A DNA stretch of 59,990 bases from an uncultured archaeon (GTDB lineage Archaea > Asgardarchaeota > Heimdallarchaeia > Heimdallarchaeales > Heimdallarchaeaceae), in NCBI GenBank assembly GCA_964534625.1, contig CAZHRF010000015.1, positions 1-59,990 of the forward strand, written 5' to 3'. A program made the translations under genes and the position numbers. Each line of letters begins with the position of its first letter. The stretch's first letter is position 1. Under the pieces are notes generated by a model. That model searched no databases, was not told where the DNA came from, and saw nothing but the letters and a program-made list of their open reading frames with translations. This document shows positions 10,375 to 18,726 of the stretch, one piece after another.

Positions 10375-10854
10375 ATGTCAAGATTATCAGCCAGGAAAAG
10401 GCAAATAAGAGATGCGCAGTTACTTGGTGCGATTATGCTTGTTTTAGCTGCAATATTTTATATAAAAGGAGGGGTTATAATTAGGGGGGTAATTTTAGTT
10501 GCTGTTGGTCTTACATTAGCGATGTTTCTTGTTATTGTAATTATCAAGTTCCTAAACACTTCCCTAGGTGCAAAAACTGCTTTTGCATGGAATGAACTAC
10601 TTTATTCACTAGTTGGCATTCCAATCATGTTCATAGCTATTTTTTATTTGCCAGTGGCAATTTACATTTTGTTCTTTAAATATCAGTTCCCGTCACATGT
10701 AATACGCAATGTACTTCTTGGTCTAATGATTTTTGCCCAGATCATTTCATTAGCATTATTTTTCAAACAACTCGCAGAAAATAGAAGTGTAAAGGAGAGT
10801 TCTATCAAAAAGGAAGAGAAGAGAGACTTTAGTACATTATACGAAGAGAAATAA
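10375..10854 (+). CDS. 4-TM membrane protein of unknown function (paralogue of 8575-9081)
   Basis: Hydrophobic segments, WNELLY motif. Confidence 0.7.
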   Translation: MSRLSARKRQIRDAQLLGAIMLVLAAIFYIKGGVIIRGVILVAVGLTLAMFLVIVIIKFLNTSLGAKTAFAWNELLYSLVGIPIMFIAIFYLPVAIYILFFKYQFPSHVIRNVLLGLMIFAQIISLALFFKQLAENRSVKESSIKKEEKRDFSTLYEEK

Positions 10855-10890
10855 GTAGAAAAATTTATACAATGTATTTTTATGTGGTAA

Positions 10891-11268
10891 ATGATAAACA
10901 TGGTCTTAAAATTTATCAGAAATATATTTACAAAGAAATCTACATTAGATGAAAAAAGTGTGAAGGAGCTATTACACTTGTGCCTTGAACACAAGGATAA
11001 AGAAAACGCAATTTTTTTGAAAAAGATCCGTCCAAAATTAGAGAAAATATTAGGTGAAGAATATGCTCATCTTTTGCTCAAGTACCATTTCAACGAATTT
11101 AAATTACTCATACCTACACAAGAACATTATGATAGTATGGGGAGAATGGCAGTCTATGAATTTAAAATTGAATTAAAAGGTCTAAGAGAGAAGATTAGGA
11201 TACAAAAAGAATCCTATGAGATAACAAAGAAAATAGATGAGATAGGAGAAATGCTAGATAAAGTCTAA
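10891..11268 (+). CDS. Hypothetical protein
   Basis: 125-aa ORF co-oriented with its neighbours; no recognised motif. Confidence 0.55.
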   Translation: MINMVLKFIRNIFTKKSTLDEKSVKELLHLCLEHKDKENAIFLKKIRPKLEKILGEEYAHLLLKYHFNEFKLLIPTQEHYDSMGRMAVYEFKIELKGLREKIRIQKESYEITKKIDEIGEMLDKV

Positions 11269-11503
11269 CATTGTTTCTGCATAAGATAATAGATACTTGA
11301 TATAATTCATTTTCATTCATCAAGTGAAAAAAAAACTATGATTTTAGTGCGTGTTAAAAAATTATTAGGTACAAAAATTTATACGAATTACATGAATGCA
11401 ACAAAAAAATCCCAATTAAAAGACTCACGAACTTATTTGGTCTTCTCTTTAATATTTAGACTTATGATAATATTTAAAATGTTTATCTATCTATGTATAA
11501 AAG

Positions 11504-12472
11504 ATGTTAAAAATGGATACAACCAAAAAAATAAAACGCAAACACATTATTTATGGCATTTTTATTAGCATATTTGTTATTATGTTAGGATTGACTATTT
11601 ATAGTCTTACGCCAGATAATTTCATTCGTAATCTATTCAATCAATATTTGCAGGCTAAACTTGGATTAGAATACTTTGACTTTTTAACGATTTACATCTT
11701 AAGTTTTCTAATCTATTTCGTTCTTGCAGCACTTTTGTTGACCCTTTGGAATTCAGTTTTAAAAACCATCAAAGATAAACTATCTCCCACAATTTTGAAT
11801 TCTTTTAAAATACTTGGTCAGATTATTATTATCCCATTTTTTATCGTAGCTTATCTAAACCAGTTTCCAGCCTTTAGTGGGACATTAGTTGGGATAGCTG
11901 CCTTGTTGGGGACAGCCATAGGTTTTTCTTCAACCAAGACAATAGGTAATCTAATTGCAGGTATTTACATAATACTCAGTCGCCCATTTGACATTCTTGA
12001 TTACATTATTCTTCCTGGTCTTAATACAGAAGGAGTCGTAAGAGAGATATCTATTAACTACACAATAATTGATACGCCAGAAGGAAATACGGTAATTATG
12101 GCAAATAGTAAACTTATTGACGCAACTATCATTAACATTCGTCATGTTGAAAAAGAAGAGATAAATCTGAAAGATAAATTAGATTTGAAGAAAGCCTTTA
12201 AGAAAACAGAAGAAACAAAAACGTATGTGTATCCTCAACTTTGGGCAGTCGATGGAAATGATAAGCACGCTCCATGTGTTAAAGCCATTGAAAAAACTAG
12301 AAAGAAATTTGAAAAAAACCTAGCAGCACCCATCAGTTGGTTCATACTTAAACGAGAGAGATTAAATCGAACATATCAAATTAATCTCGCTGTTAAGGAC
12401 CCATATCTGCTTCTTGATCTTACTGGTGACTTTTTAAATGAACTAGAAGCAAATTATGATGAAGTGAAGTAA
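11504..12472 (+). CDS. Small-conductance mechanosensitive channel (MscS family)
   Basis: TM segments followed by AIGFS..IGNLIAGIYIILSRPF..D.I and EGVVREI..YT. Confidence 0.85.
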   Translation: MLKMDTTKKIKRKHIIYGIFISIFVIMLGLTIYSLTPDNFIRNLFNQYLQAKLGLEYFDFLTIYILSFLIYFVLAALLLTLWNSVLKTIKDKLSPTILNSFKILGQIIIIPFFIVAYLNQFPAFSGTLVGIAALLGTAIGFSSTKTIGNLIAGIYIILSRPFDILDYIILPGLNTEGVVREISINYTIIDTPEGNTVIMANSKLIDATIINIRHVEKEEINLKDKLDLKKAFKKTEETKTYVYPQLWAVDGNDKHAPCVKAIEKTRKKFEKNLAAPISWFILKRERLNRTYQINLAVKDPYLLLDLTGDFLNELEANYDEVK

Positions 12473-12636
12473 CAAACAGAGAAATAAAGTGATTAATATT
12501 TTTTTCTTTTTTATTCTCCTTTTGTAAGTTTTCTATTTCTTTTGAAAATTTGCTTGTAATGGAGATAAAAAGATTGAAAATTGTTGTTCTAATTCATTCC
12601 AAACTTTTATAATGCTTTTTTTACTCTTTATTATTC

Positions 12637-13554
12637 ATGAAAGATCAAAGCTTATTACTCTATCAAATTGATGCTTTCACCCGTATTCCATTCAAAGGTA
12701 ATCCTGCTGCTGTTTGCATTTTGACAGAAGAAATGGATGATATAAAATTAATTTCGATAGCAAAAGAGATGAACCTTTCCGAAACAGCTTTTGTTCTCAT
12801 TCCCAGTTTAAAAAATATTTCTTCTCAAAAAATTTTTCGTTTAAGATGGTTCACACCAACTCAAGAAGTACAATTATGTGGTCATGCCACGTTAGCAACA
12901 GCTCATGTGCTTTTTTCTGAATTAAATTTATTTGAACATAAAAATAAAATAGTGTTTGACACCCTTAGTGGACACTTAATAGCTGAAAAAGAAGGAGATA
13001 TGATTAAATTAGATTTTCCAAAAGATGAAATTCTACCCATATCTATTCCAGGAGGACTTAATGAAATCCTACAGATACCAGGAACTAAAGAAACAGTTTA
13101 TGGGAAAAATACCCGGTATCTGTTAATTCATACACTAGATGAAAAAAGTGTGAAGGAGTGTAAACCTAACTTCAATAAACTTACAGCGTTCCCTTTTAAA
13201 CAAAGTATTAATGGAATAATAGTGACAGCTCACTCAAATAGCGAAGAAAAAGATTTTGTTAGTAGATTTTTCACTCCTATGATGGGAATTAACGAAGATC
13301 CTGTTACTGGAAGTGCACATACATTGTTAGGTCCGTATTGGAGTCAAAAATTACAAAAAGAGAAATTAACTGCTGAGCAACTTTCAGAAAGAGGAGGTAA
13401 ATTAATTGTAGACTCTCCTCACGGAACAAGAGTCAAAATATTTGGCACTGCAAAAACTGTTTTAATAGGAAAAATAATTTTATGTGAACGTCTTCTTGAA
13501 GACCCTGTCCTTGAGGGCGGGGATGAAAAGAACAAAAAACAATACACGTTTTAG
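12637..13554 (+). CDS. PhzF-family isomerase; current C-terminus is derived from an inserted IS605-type element
   Basis: DAFT..FKGNPAAV, EMNLSETAF, LCGHATLA, EDPVTGSAH. Residues after GKIIL come from the element's left end. Confidence 0.9.
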   Translation: MKDQSLLLYQIDAFTRIPFKGNPAAVCILTEEMDDIKLISIAKEMNLSETAFVLIPSLKNISSQKIFRLRWFTPTQEVQLCGHATLATAHVLFSELNLFEHKNKIVFDTLSGHLIAEKEGDMIKLDFPKDEILPISIPGGLNEILQIPGTKETVYGKNTRYLLIHTLDEKSVKECKPNFNKLTAFPFKQSINGIIVTAHSNSEEKDFVSRFFTPMMGINEDPVTGSAHTLLGPYWSQKLQKEKLTAEQLSERGGKLIVDSPHGTRVKIFGTAKTVLIGKIILCERLLEDPVLEGGDEKNKKQYTF

Positions 13555-13872
13555 CATACAAACATTTTGTAAGTATGCTATTTTTATGTACGTGTCTTGG
13601 TACCATCTCGAAAACCAAGAGTGGTACGAAACAAAAAGAAAAAGATGGAAGTAGAAGATAGGGCTACACATTAAACAACGATAATGGGTATATGTATCGA
13701 CCTAAGTAAGAGTATTGAGGACTTCCGATGTAGAGTCGGTACGTTGTGTGTACTAGAACATTGTACCGTAGGTACTACGGGAACTTACGCTTGTGGAGAA
13801 GAGGTAAGCCCTCATTTTGAGGCAACTTCGTTGAAACAAGAAACCATCTGCCTTTAGGCAGTGGTAGTTCAT
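13484..13872 (+). mobile_element. Non-autonomous IS200/IS605-family mini-element (left end + omega-RNA + right end, no tnpA/tnpB)
   Basis: Preceded by TTTAT (13479-13483). Left-end hairpin CCCTGTCC-TTGA-GGGCGGGG; right end CTGCC-TTTA-GGCAG-TGGTAGTTCAT. No target duplication; excision restores the phzF end GKIILS*. Confidence 0.85.
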
Positions 13873-13888
13873 CATAACAAAATCGATA
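13763..13888 (+). ncRNA. TnpB-type omega-RNA (reRNA) scaffold with downstream guide
   Basis: ACCGTAGGTACTACGGGAACTTACGCTTGTGGAGA...TCGTTGAAACAAGAAACC + right-end hairpin, matching the typical 3' segment of IS605/IS1341 elements. The guide would be the flank CATAACAAAATCGATA. Boundaries approximate. Confidence 0.65.
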
Positions 13889-14083
13889 ATTATAATTGGA
13901 TTTGATGACACATATCAAAGAAGAGTATGGCATAAACATATATTCAAATAAAATACCTATCTAAAACAACGATATACTTGCATCTTTCCTTCTTTCCCTT
14001 TTAAACAAAATATCAAAAGCAGATTAACATATTAATGTGTTTCTAAGCAATAGAAAGATTATAAAAATATGGTATGGGGTGTT

Positions 14084-14168
14084 AAATGTTGAGAAAATGA
14101 TTAGGTTACCCCTGGCGGAGAGGCTTTCCTCAATGAAGAAAATTGCATAAACCTGATTCTCAACATTT
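14084..14168 (+). ncRNA. Box C/D methylation-guide sRNA
   Basis: 12-bp terminal stem; box C ATGATTA 14097-14103; 12-nt guide; D' CGGA 14116-14119; hairpin GAGG-CTTT-CCTC; C' ATGAAGA 14133-14139; 13-nt guide; D CTGA 14153-14156; upstream TTATAAAA at ~14059. Confidence 0.75.
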
Positions 14169-14194
14169 TAGGTTTTTATAATTGTATATCTTTT

Positions 14195-15088
14195 TTATAA
14201 TTTATTGATGTTAAATTCGCACTTTTTATCTCCAATAGCCCTGCAACTAACTTCAGTAACACTTATTTTTGGATTATCAAATATACCCTCAATAAATCCT
14301 GAATAAAAATCACAGATCATTCTATCCGCTTTTTTCCCCCTACAAATTGGGCATAGTTCTAGAGTAATTTTTTCTTTTTCTGGTTGATAGGTTGCAATTG
14401 CTATCTCATTTAACAATCTTAAAACATCTTTCATATTAGTTGTAACAGTTTTTATAGTCTTTACCTGTCCTATTTGATAGCCTATATATTTACCCAAGAA
14501 ATACATTACTTGATCGCGTATATATGGCTCAGTATATTTTTCTTCTATTTGTCTAATTATAGTTATTACTTGGTTTGGAAAGCCATTTATCAAGTCCTTG
14601 CTATCACCCAATATATCTAAAAGAAATGTTAGCGGTACATTACTTGGAAAAAATTTGAAAAATATAGGATTAGCCTCGTACAAGTCCATTATGCGTTGAT
14701 ATATATCCATAATTTGCTTTTCAATTTGTTTGCTATGTGTAACGTTTAATATCTCTTTATTGTCTATGATCCGTTCCCTAAAGGTTTCTTTAAATTCCAG
14801 CTCTATCTGTTTTAATAAAAAGCCACCAAAGAACTCGTCTTCTCGTTCTGTTAATTGTATTACATACACTATCCCATCTGTGACGGTGTAAATCAGCATA
14901 CCTACTGGTGTCAATACACTTCGTATATCTTCGTTTTCTAATTCTTTTAGCTGAAAATTTAATGTTGATGATAATCCAGTAAAAACACCTTTTTCTATAT
15001 CCTCTTGGGTAGTGTTTTCTTTGAATTGGAAAGAGAAAACAGGTACACCATTTTTGTTAAATATGTAAAGCCCTTGAATCATCAACAA
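14195..15088 (-). CDS. Longin-like N-terminal domain fused to a C-terminal V4R domain
   Basis: N-terminal GLYIFNKNGVPVF...VFTGLSS longin-like pattern; C-terminal CPIC...CDFYSGFIEG...EVSCRAIGDKKCEF V4R motif. Confidence 0.75.
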   Translation of the reverse strand: MLMIQGLYIFNKNGVPVFSFQFKENTTQEDIEKGVFTGLSSTLNFQLKELENEDIRSVLTPVGMLIYTVTDGIVYVIQLTEREDEFFGGFLLKQIELEFKETFRERIIDNKEILNVTHSKQIEKQIMDIYQRIMDLYEANPIFFKFFPSNVPLTFLLDILGDSKDLINGFPNQVITIIRQIEEKYTEPYIRDQVMYFLGKYIGYQIGQVKTIKTVTTNMKDVLRLLNEIAIATYQPEKEKITLELCPICRGKKADRMICDFYSGFIEGIFDNPKISVTEVSCRAIGDKKCEFNINKL

Positions 15089-15095
15089 TTCTCCT

Positions 15096-15458
15096 TTATT
15101 CTAAATCCTCGCCCAAGAACCTCTTTGTATATCTAAAAAAAGTAATACTGCCAATAACTAAATGCATCAATCCAATAAATAGGAGAAACAATTTCGTGGG
15201 TTTCCAAATGGTATTATAGAAATATTTGCTTGTAAACCATAAAAATTCATCTAATGCATCCATAAAAGAGCTTATTGATCCAAATATTAAGAAAATTCGT
15301 AGAAATAACGAACTATGCTTGTCGAGGATGGGATTCTTCTTTCTAACATGAATAACCAATATTACAAGCCCTATAAATAACAGAAATGTTAGAATATCCA
15401 ATATAGCTTTTAGTATATCGAATACACTAGAAAATTCAGCTAATGTAACAAAACTCAT
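15096..15458 (-). CDS. Small 3-TM membrane protein
   Basis: Three hydrophobic helices; DALDEF in TM2; tightly coupled to neighbours. Confidence 0.7.
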   Translation of the reverse strand: MSFVTLAEFSSVFDILKAILDILTFLLFIGLVILVIHVRKKNPILDKHSSLFLRIFLIFGSISSFMDALDEFLWFTSKYFYNTIWKPTKLFLLFIGLMHLVIGSITFFRYTKRFLGEDLE

Positions 15459-15791
15459 TTATTCAAACCCCCATAGTGTTTTACTGTGTTTATTGATCCG
15501 TAAGATACCTAGAGCTAATAATAATAAACCAAAAACAAAAAAGAGACCGTCAAAAAAATCCAGTATATCTCGGGTTATCTTTTTCTCCCATTTCAGAGTA
15601 TCAAGAACATCAAAAACAGCATGAATAAAAATAAAAAAAAGCCCAACGATAACAAAATTCCATCCTTTTGATATTTTATGATAATCAGTCGACATAAATA
15701 GACTAAAAAGAAAAACCACTAAGAAGCCAAAAGCAATTATGATTTCTACAACAAATAAAAACAAATCAGCACTATCTAAGTAAAATGTCAT
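15459..15791 (-). CDS. Small 3-TM membrane protein (similar layout to 15096-15458)
   Basis: Three hydrophobic helices; DVLDTL in TM2; abuts the next gene. Confidence 0.7.
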   Translation of the reverse strand: MTFYLDSADLFLFVVEIIIAFGFLVVFLFSLFMSTDYHKISKGWNFVIVGLFFIFIHAVFDVLDTLKWEKKITRDILDFFDGLFFVFGLLLLALGILRINKHSKTLWGFE

Positions 15792-15839
15792 CAGTCAATA
15801 AAAGATTCATTCTCTAGGTATATAAGTGTTAGTCATTTT

Positions 15840-15946
15840 TAGTACTTCCGAATTAAGAAAATATTCAACTGTTATATCCATTTAAAGCAAATTTTAGCAT
15901 TTCTATCTCAGAAATTATACAGTAAAGCCCTATTTCGGAAGTATTA
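15840..15946. mobile_element. ~107-bp MITE, copy 1
   Basis: Inverted ends TAGTACTTCCGAA / TTCGGAAGTATTA; TAGTCATT occurs at both junctions. Confidence 0.65.
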
Positions 15947-15994
15947 GTCATTAAAGAATACATAATATTATTGGCCATTTATGAAATAATACCT

Positions 15995-16011
15995 ATGAAC
16001 TACCACTACCT
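15995..16011 (-). mobile_element. IS200/IS605 right-end remnant
   Basis: Reverse complement AGGTAGTGGTAGTTCAT nearly matches the right end AGGCAGTGGTAGTTCAT at 13856-13872. Confidence 0.5.
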
Positions 16012-16084
16012 TATCCACGCAGACAATAAATTGTTATCTTTTTCAAAAAAGATTTCCCTAAATAGATTAACTGAGGTTTTTGTC

Positions 16085-17818
16085 CTAAATAGTGATGATG
16101 TGTTGGTGCAAAATTTTAGGCTCTACTTTTTTTTCCGTTTTTGAAGTCATTGTAGGACGTTTAGTTTTTCTCTTTTTAGATCTTTTATTCTTTTTTGTAT
16201 TTTCTGAGTTAAGCAGATTAAGATTGTCGAGATGAATTTCTATTCTTTCTTCACTAGAGTGAGATTTAGATTTCATCTCTATATCTCTGAGATTTATTTT
16301 TGTACTTGGAAAAAGTTCTTCTCTTTTCAACCTGATGAAGCCTCTGTCTTTGCCCTTCGAATAGAGCCCGAAGTTAAAATCCATCAGCTCTTTTGCTTCT
16401 TTATTAACATAATCCATTCTAAATTCTACTTCATCAACAAATACCTGCAAGTTATCAAGCAAAGTTATTTTTTCTAAGCTTGCATTAAAATATGTATCCC
16501 GTATTTGGTAAGGGATAGGTCTACCCCATTCTTGTAGCTCGTCAATTAATACCAACAGAAAAGATAGAGGATTTTTATCGAAAGTAAATTCTGGTAAACG
16601 GTCTTTAAAATTATGAACGGCTATAGCTTTAGCTGCTTCTACATATCCTCTATACTCATCGTTATTTTGTTTTATTGTCTCTGGTGAGCCTAAACTTGCA
16701 AGAAGATTGATGGCACCCACCACACCATGATCAAGAGCGATTGATGGTTTATAGTTGAATTCGCCATGTCCCTTTTCAGGATTACTCAGAAAAACTTGGC
16801 TTTTAGAATGTAAAGGACCATCTAAATTATAACCAGCACCATTTCGGATTAAATATTTAGCTTCTTTAGACATTCCTTCTTCAATAATCTCTAAGTAAGC
16901 TGCTTGATTTCTTCCTTTAGAACTTAAAGTTACTTCTAAAGGGATCATTTCCAAGTCCAAATGCGGATAACATTTAAGAATTTGGTTAACTAAACTCCAA
17001 TTAACTGAAGTAGTTAGTTTTTCCAGAGGATAGCCAATATCATGGATTAGGCCTGTCACCCACCAATATTTTTCCTTGATTCCTGTTTTATCCAATTCAG
17101 TTAGATCAGCGATAATGTTGAGTAATTTGCCTTGTCCTAAATCTTGTTCAAGAAGAAAATCGCCTAATACAGCTACACGTAATTGATGCTCAGTATGATC
17201 ACGATAAAATTTTTTAGCACTGGTAGAATAAAGGAAACTCTCTAAATCAGGTAAACTTTTGATCAAATATAAAATCCCTTTATTAGTTACCCCTCGTTCT
17301 TCAGCTGTGTCATACAAGGCTTCAGCAAGCGTTTTTCTTTTACCAGAAATAAAATCTAAATTGATAGCAAATGTTTTATCCATAAGCTTACCAAAATTTG
17401 ATTCTTTTAAAGAAGATTGGACGTTTTTGCTGATAGATGAAGCGAGATTGGAAAAAAAACCTCCAGAAGAAGGTTTAAAGGCTTTTATACCTTCAACAAG
17501 TGCATCAAGTTCCTTAAGTCCAGAAAGGTCGATATCTAGATCATCAACGTTTTTTCCTTGTTCTTCTATCTTTTTTTCTATAAAAGGCGTTAGAAACTTT
17601 GAAGGAGAACTAGTATCTATATTGTTTACATTTTTCTTTTCCATTTTTTTAGAAATAAGGTCTTGTGTAGTCGTAGTAACTCTTTTTATGTAATCATCCA
17701 AATCTTTTGCCCACTGTGTGAAAGATTTGCTTTCTTTAGAAAGTCTATTAAGCACCCATTCATCATCTATAACTATAGCACTCATTGTACTAACACAAGG
17801 TATATCGCATTTAGACAT
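16085..17818 (-). CDS. HD-superfamily metal-dependent phosphohydrolase-like protein
   Basis: RDHTEHQLRV, LIHDIGYP, DHG, AIAVH, LIDELQEWGR. Confidence 0.7.
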   Translation of the reverse strand: MSKCDIPCVSTMSAIVIDDEWVLNRLSKESKSFTQWAKDLDDYIKRVTTTTQDLISKKMEKKNVNNIDTSSPSKFLTPFIEKKIEEQGKNVDDLDIDLSGLKELDALVEGIKAFKPSSGGFFSNLASSISKNVQSSLKESNFGKLMDKTFAINLDFISGKRKTLAEALYDTAEERGVTNKGILYLIKSLPDLESFLYSTSAKKFYRDHTEHQLRVAVLGDFLLEQDLGQGKLLNIIADLTELDKTGIKEKYWWVTGLIHDIGYPLEKLTTSVNWSLVNQILKCYPHLDLEMIPLEVTLSSKGRNQAAYLEIIEEGMSKEAKYLIRNGAGYNLDGPLHSKSQVFLSNPEKGHGEFNYKPSIALDHGVVGAINLLASLGSPETIKQNNDEYRGYVEAAKAIAVHNFKDRLPEFTFDKNPLSFLLVLIDELQEWGRPIPYQIRDTYFNASLEKITLLDNLQVFVDEVEFRMDYVNKEAKELMDFNFGLYSKGKDRGFIRLKREELFPSTKINLRDIEMKSKSHSSEERIEIHLDNLNLLNSENTKKNKRSKKRKTKRPTMTSKTEKKVEPKILHQHIITI

Positions 17819-17881
17819 TTTTAATGGTTTGGTTAAGACATGTTAGGGGAAAAACATTCCAGAAATCATCCGACAATTCTT

Positions 17882-18673
17882 CTAAAAATCTACATCCGAC
17901 AATTCTTCTAAATCTTTGAATAATTTCTGGAGCTTTTTATTAACTATTTTTTGTACTTTATTAGAAATTTCTATGCCTAAAGTCGAAAGTTGATCAATAT
18001 GTTCATAGAAACCTTCAGATACTGTTGTTTCTTCAGGTATAACGGTACTGAAATCCAAATTTCTAGTCACATCTTCAATTGTTTCAGATATCTGTATTCC
18101 AATGTTTTCTAAATCTTTAGGTAGATTTGTAACTCTTCCTGTTTCTGAAACAGAAAGTATTCCGGTCTGAGAAATCCAATTGAGTCTGTTTTCTTTTTTT
18201 TCTATTACACCTAATTTGCCAATGTACTGCGTATTTTGCTCTTTTATTACCCATATATCGTTTGGATCTACGCTCATAATAAGTAATTTTTCCTTTATCT
18301 GATCGACTCCAGAAGCAGCTAATTTGGCATCAAATTCTTGCATGTATTTGTGATATCGATCAAAATTTGTTACAGCAGGTATTTTTTCCACCACATCACC
18401 TAAAAAGGCTATGTCTAAATTAAAACAGATACAAATAGGATATACATGTTCAAGAAATTCTCCATAAATATTTTCTTCATGAGTTACTCTAAGATTAGCT
18501 GTTACAGTTAATTCTCCATCAACAACATAACCCACAGTTTCTTCCTCTAAGACTATAGGAAAAAATACTGTATTCTTTGTGAATTTCAAATTAGTAAACT
18601 CATTTTCGACAATATCATATAAAACATCCTCAGTAATGGATAATGGTTCATTTACTATTTCAATTACCTTCAT
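17882..18673 (-). CDS. Hypothetical protein
   Basis: 263-aa ORF; a 20-bp repeat with 26-bp period spans its stop codon. Confidence 0.7.
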   Translation of the reverse strand: MKVIEIVNEPLSITEDVLYDIVENEFTNLKFTKNTVFFPIVLEEETVGYVVDGELTVTANLRVTHEENIYGEFLEHVYPICICFNLDIAFLGDVVEKIPAVTNFDRYHKYMQEFDAKLAASGVDQIKEKLLIMSVDPNDIWVIKEQNTQYIGKLGVIEKKENRLNWISQTGILSVSETGRVTNLPKDLENIGIQISETIEDVTRNLDFSTVIPEETTVSEGFYEHIDQLSTLGIEISNKVQKIVNKKLQKLFKDLEELSDVDF

Positions 18674-18726
18674 ACTATCATCTCTTATTTAGCTAATAGT
18701 AATCAATTACCTCAAATAAACTTTAC

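Noticed and set aside
14084-14168. SECIS element (AUGA...GA core)
   Set aside because: Register and spacing fit C/D'/C'/D boxes better, and no upstream gene has an in-frame UGA
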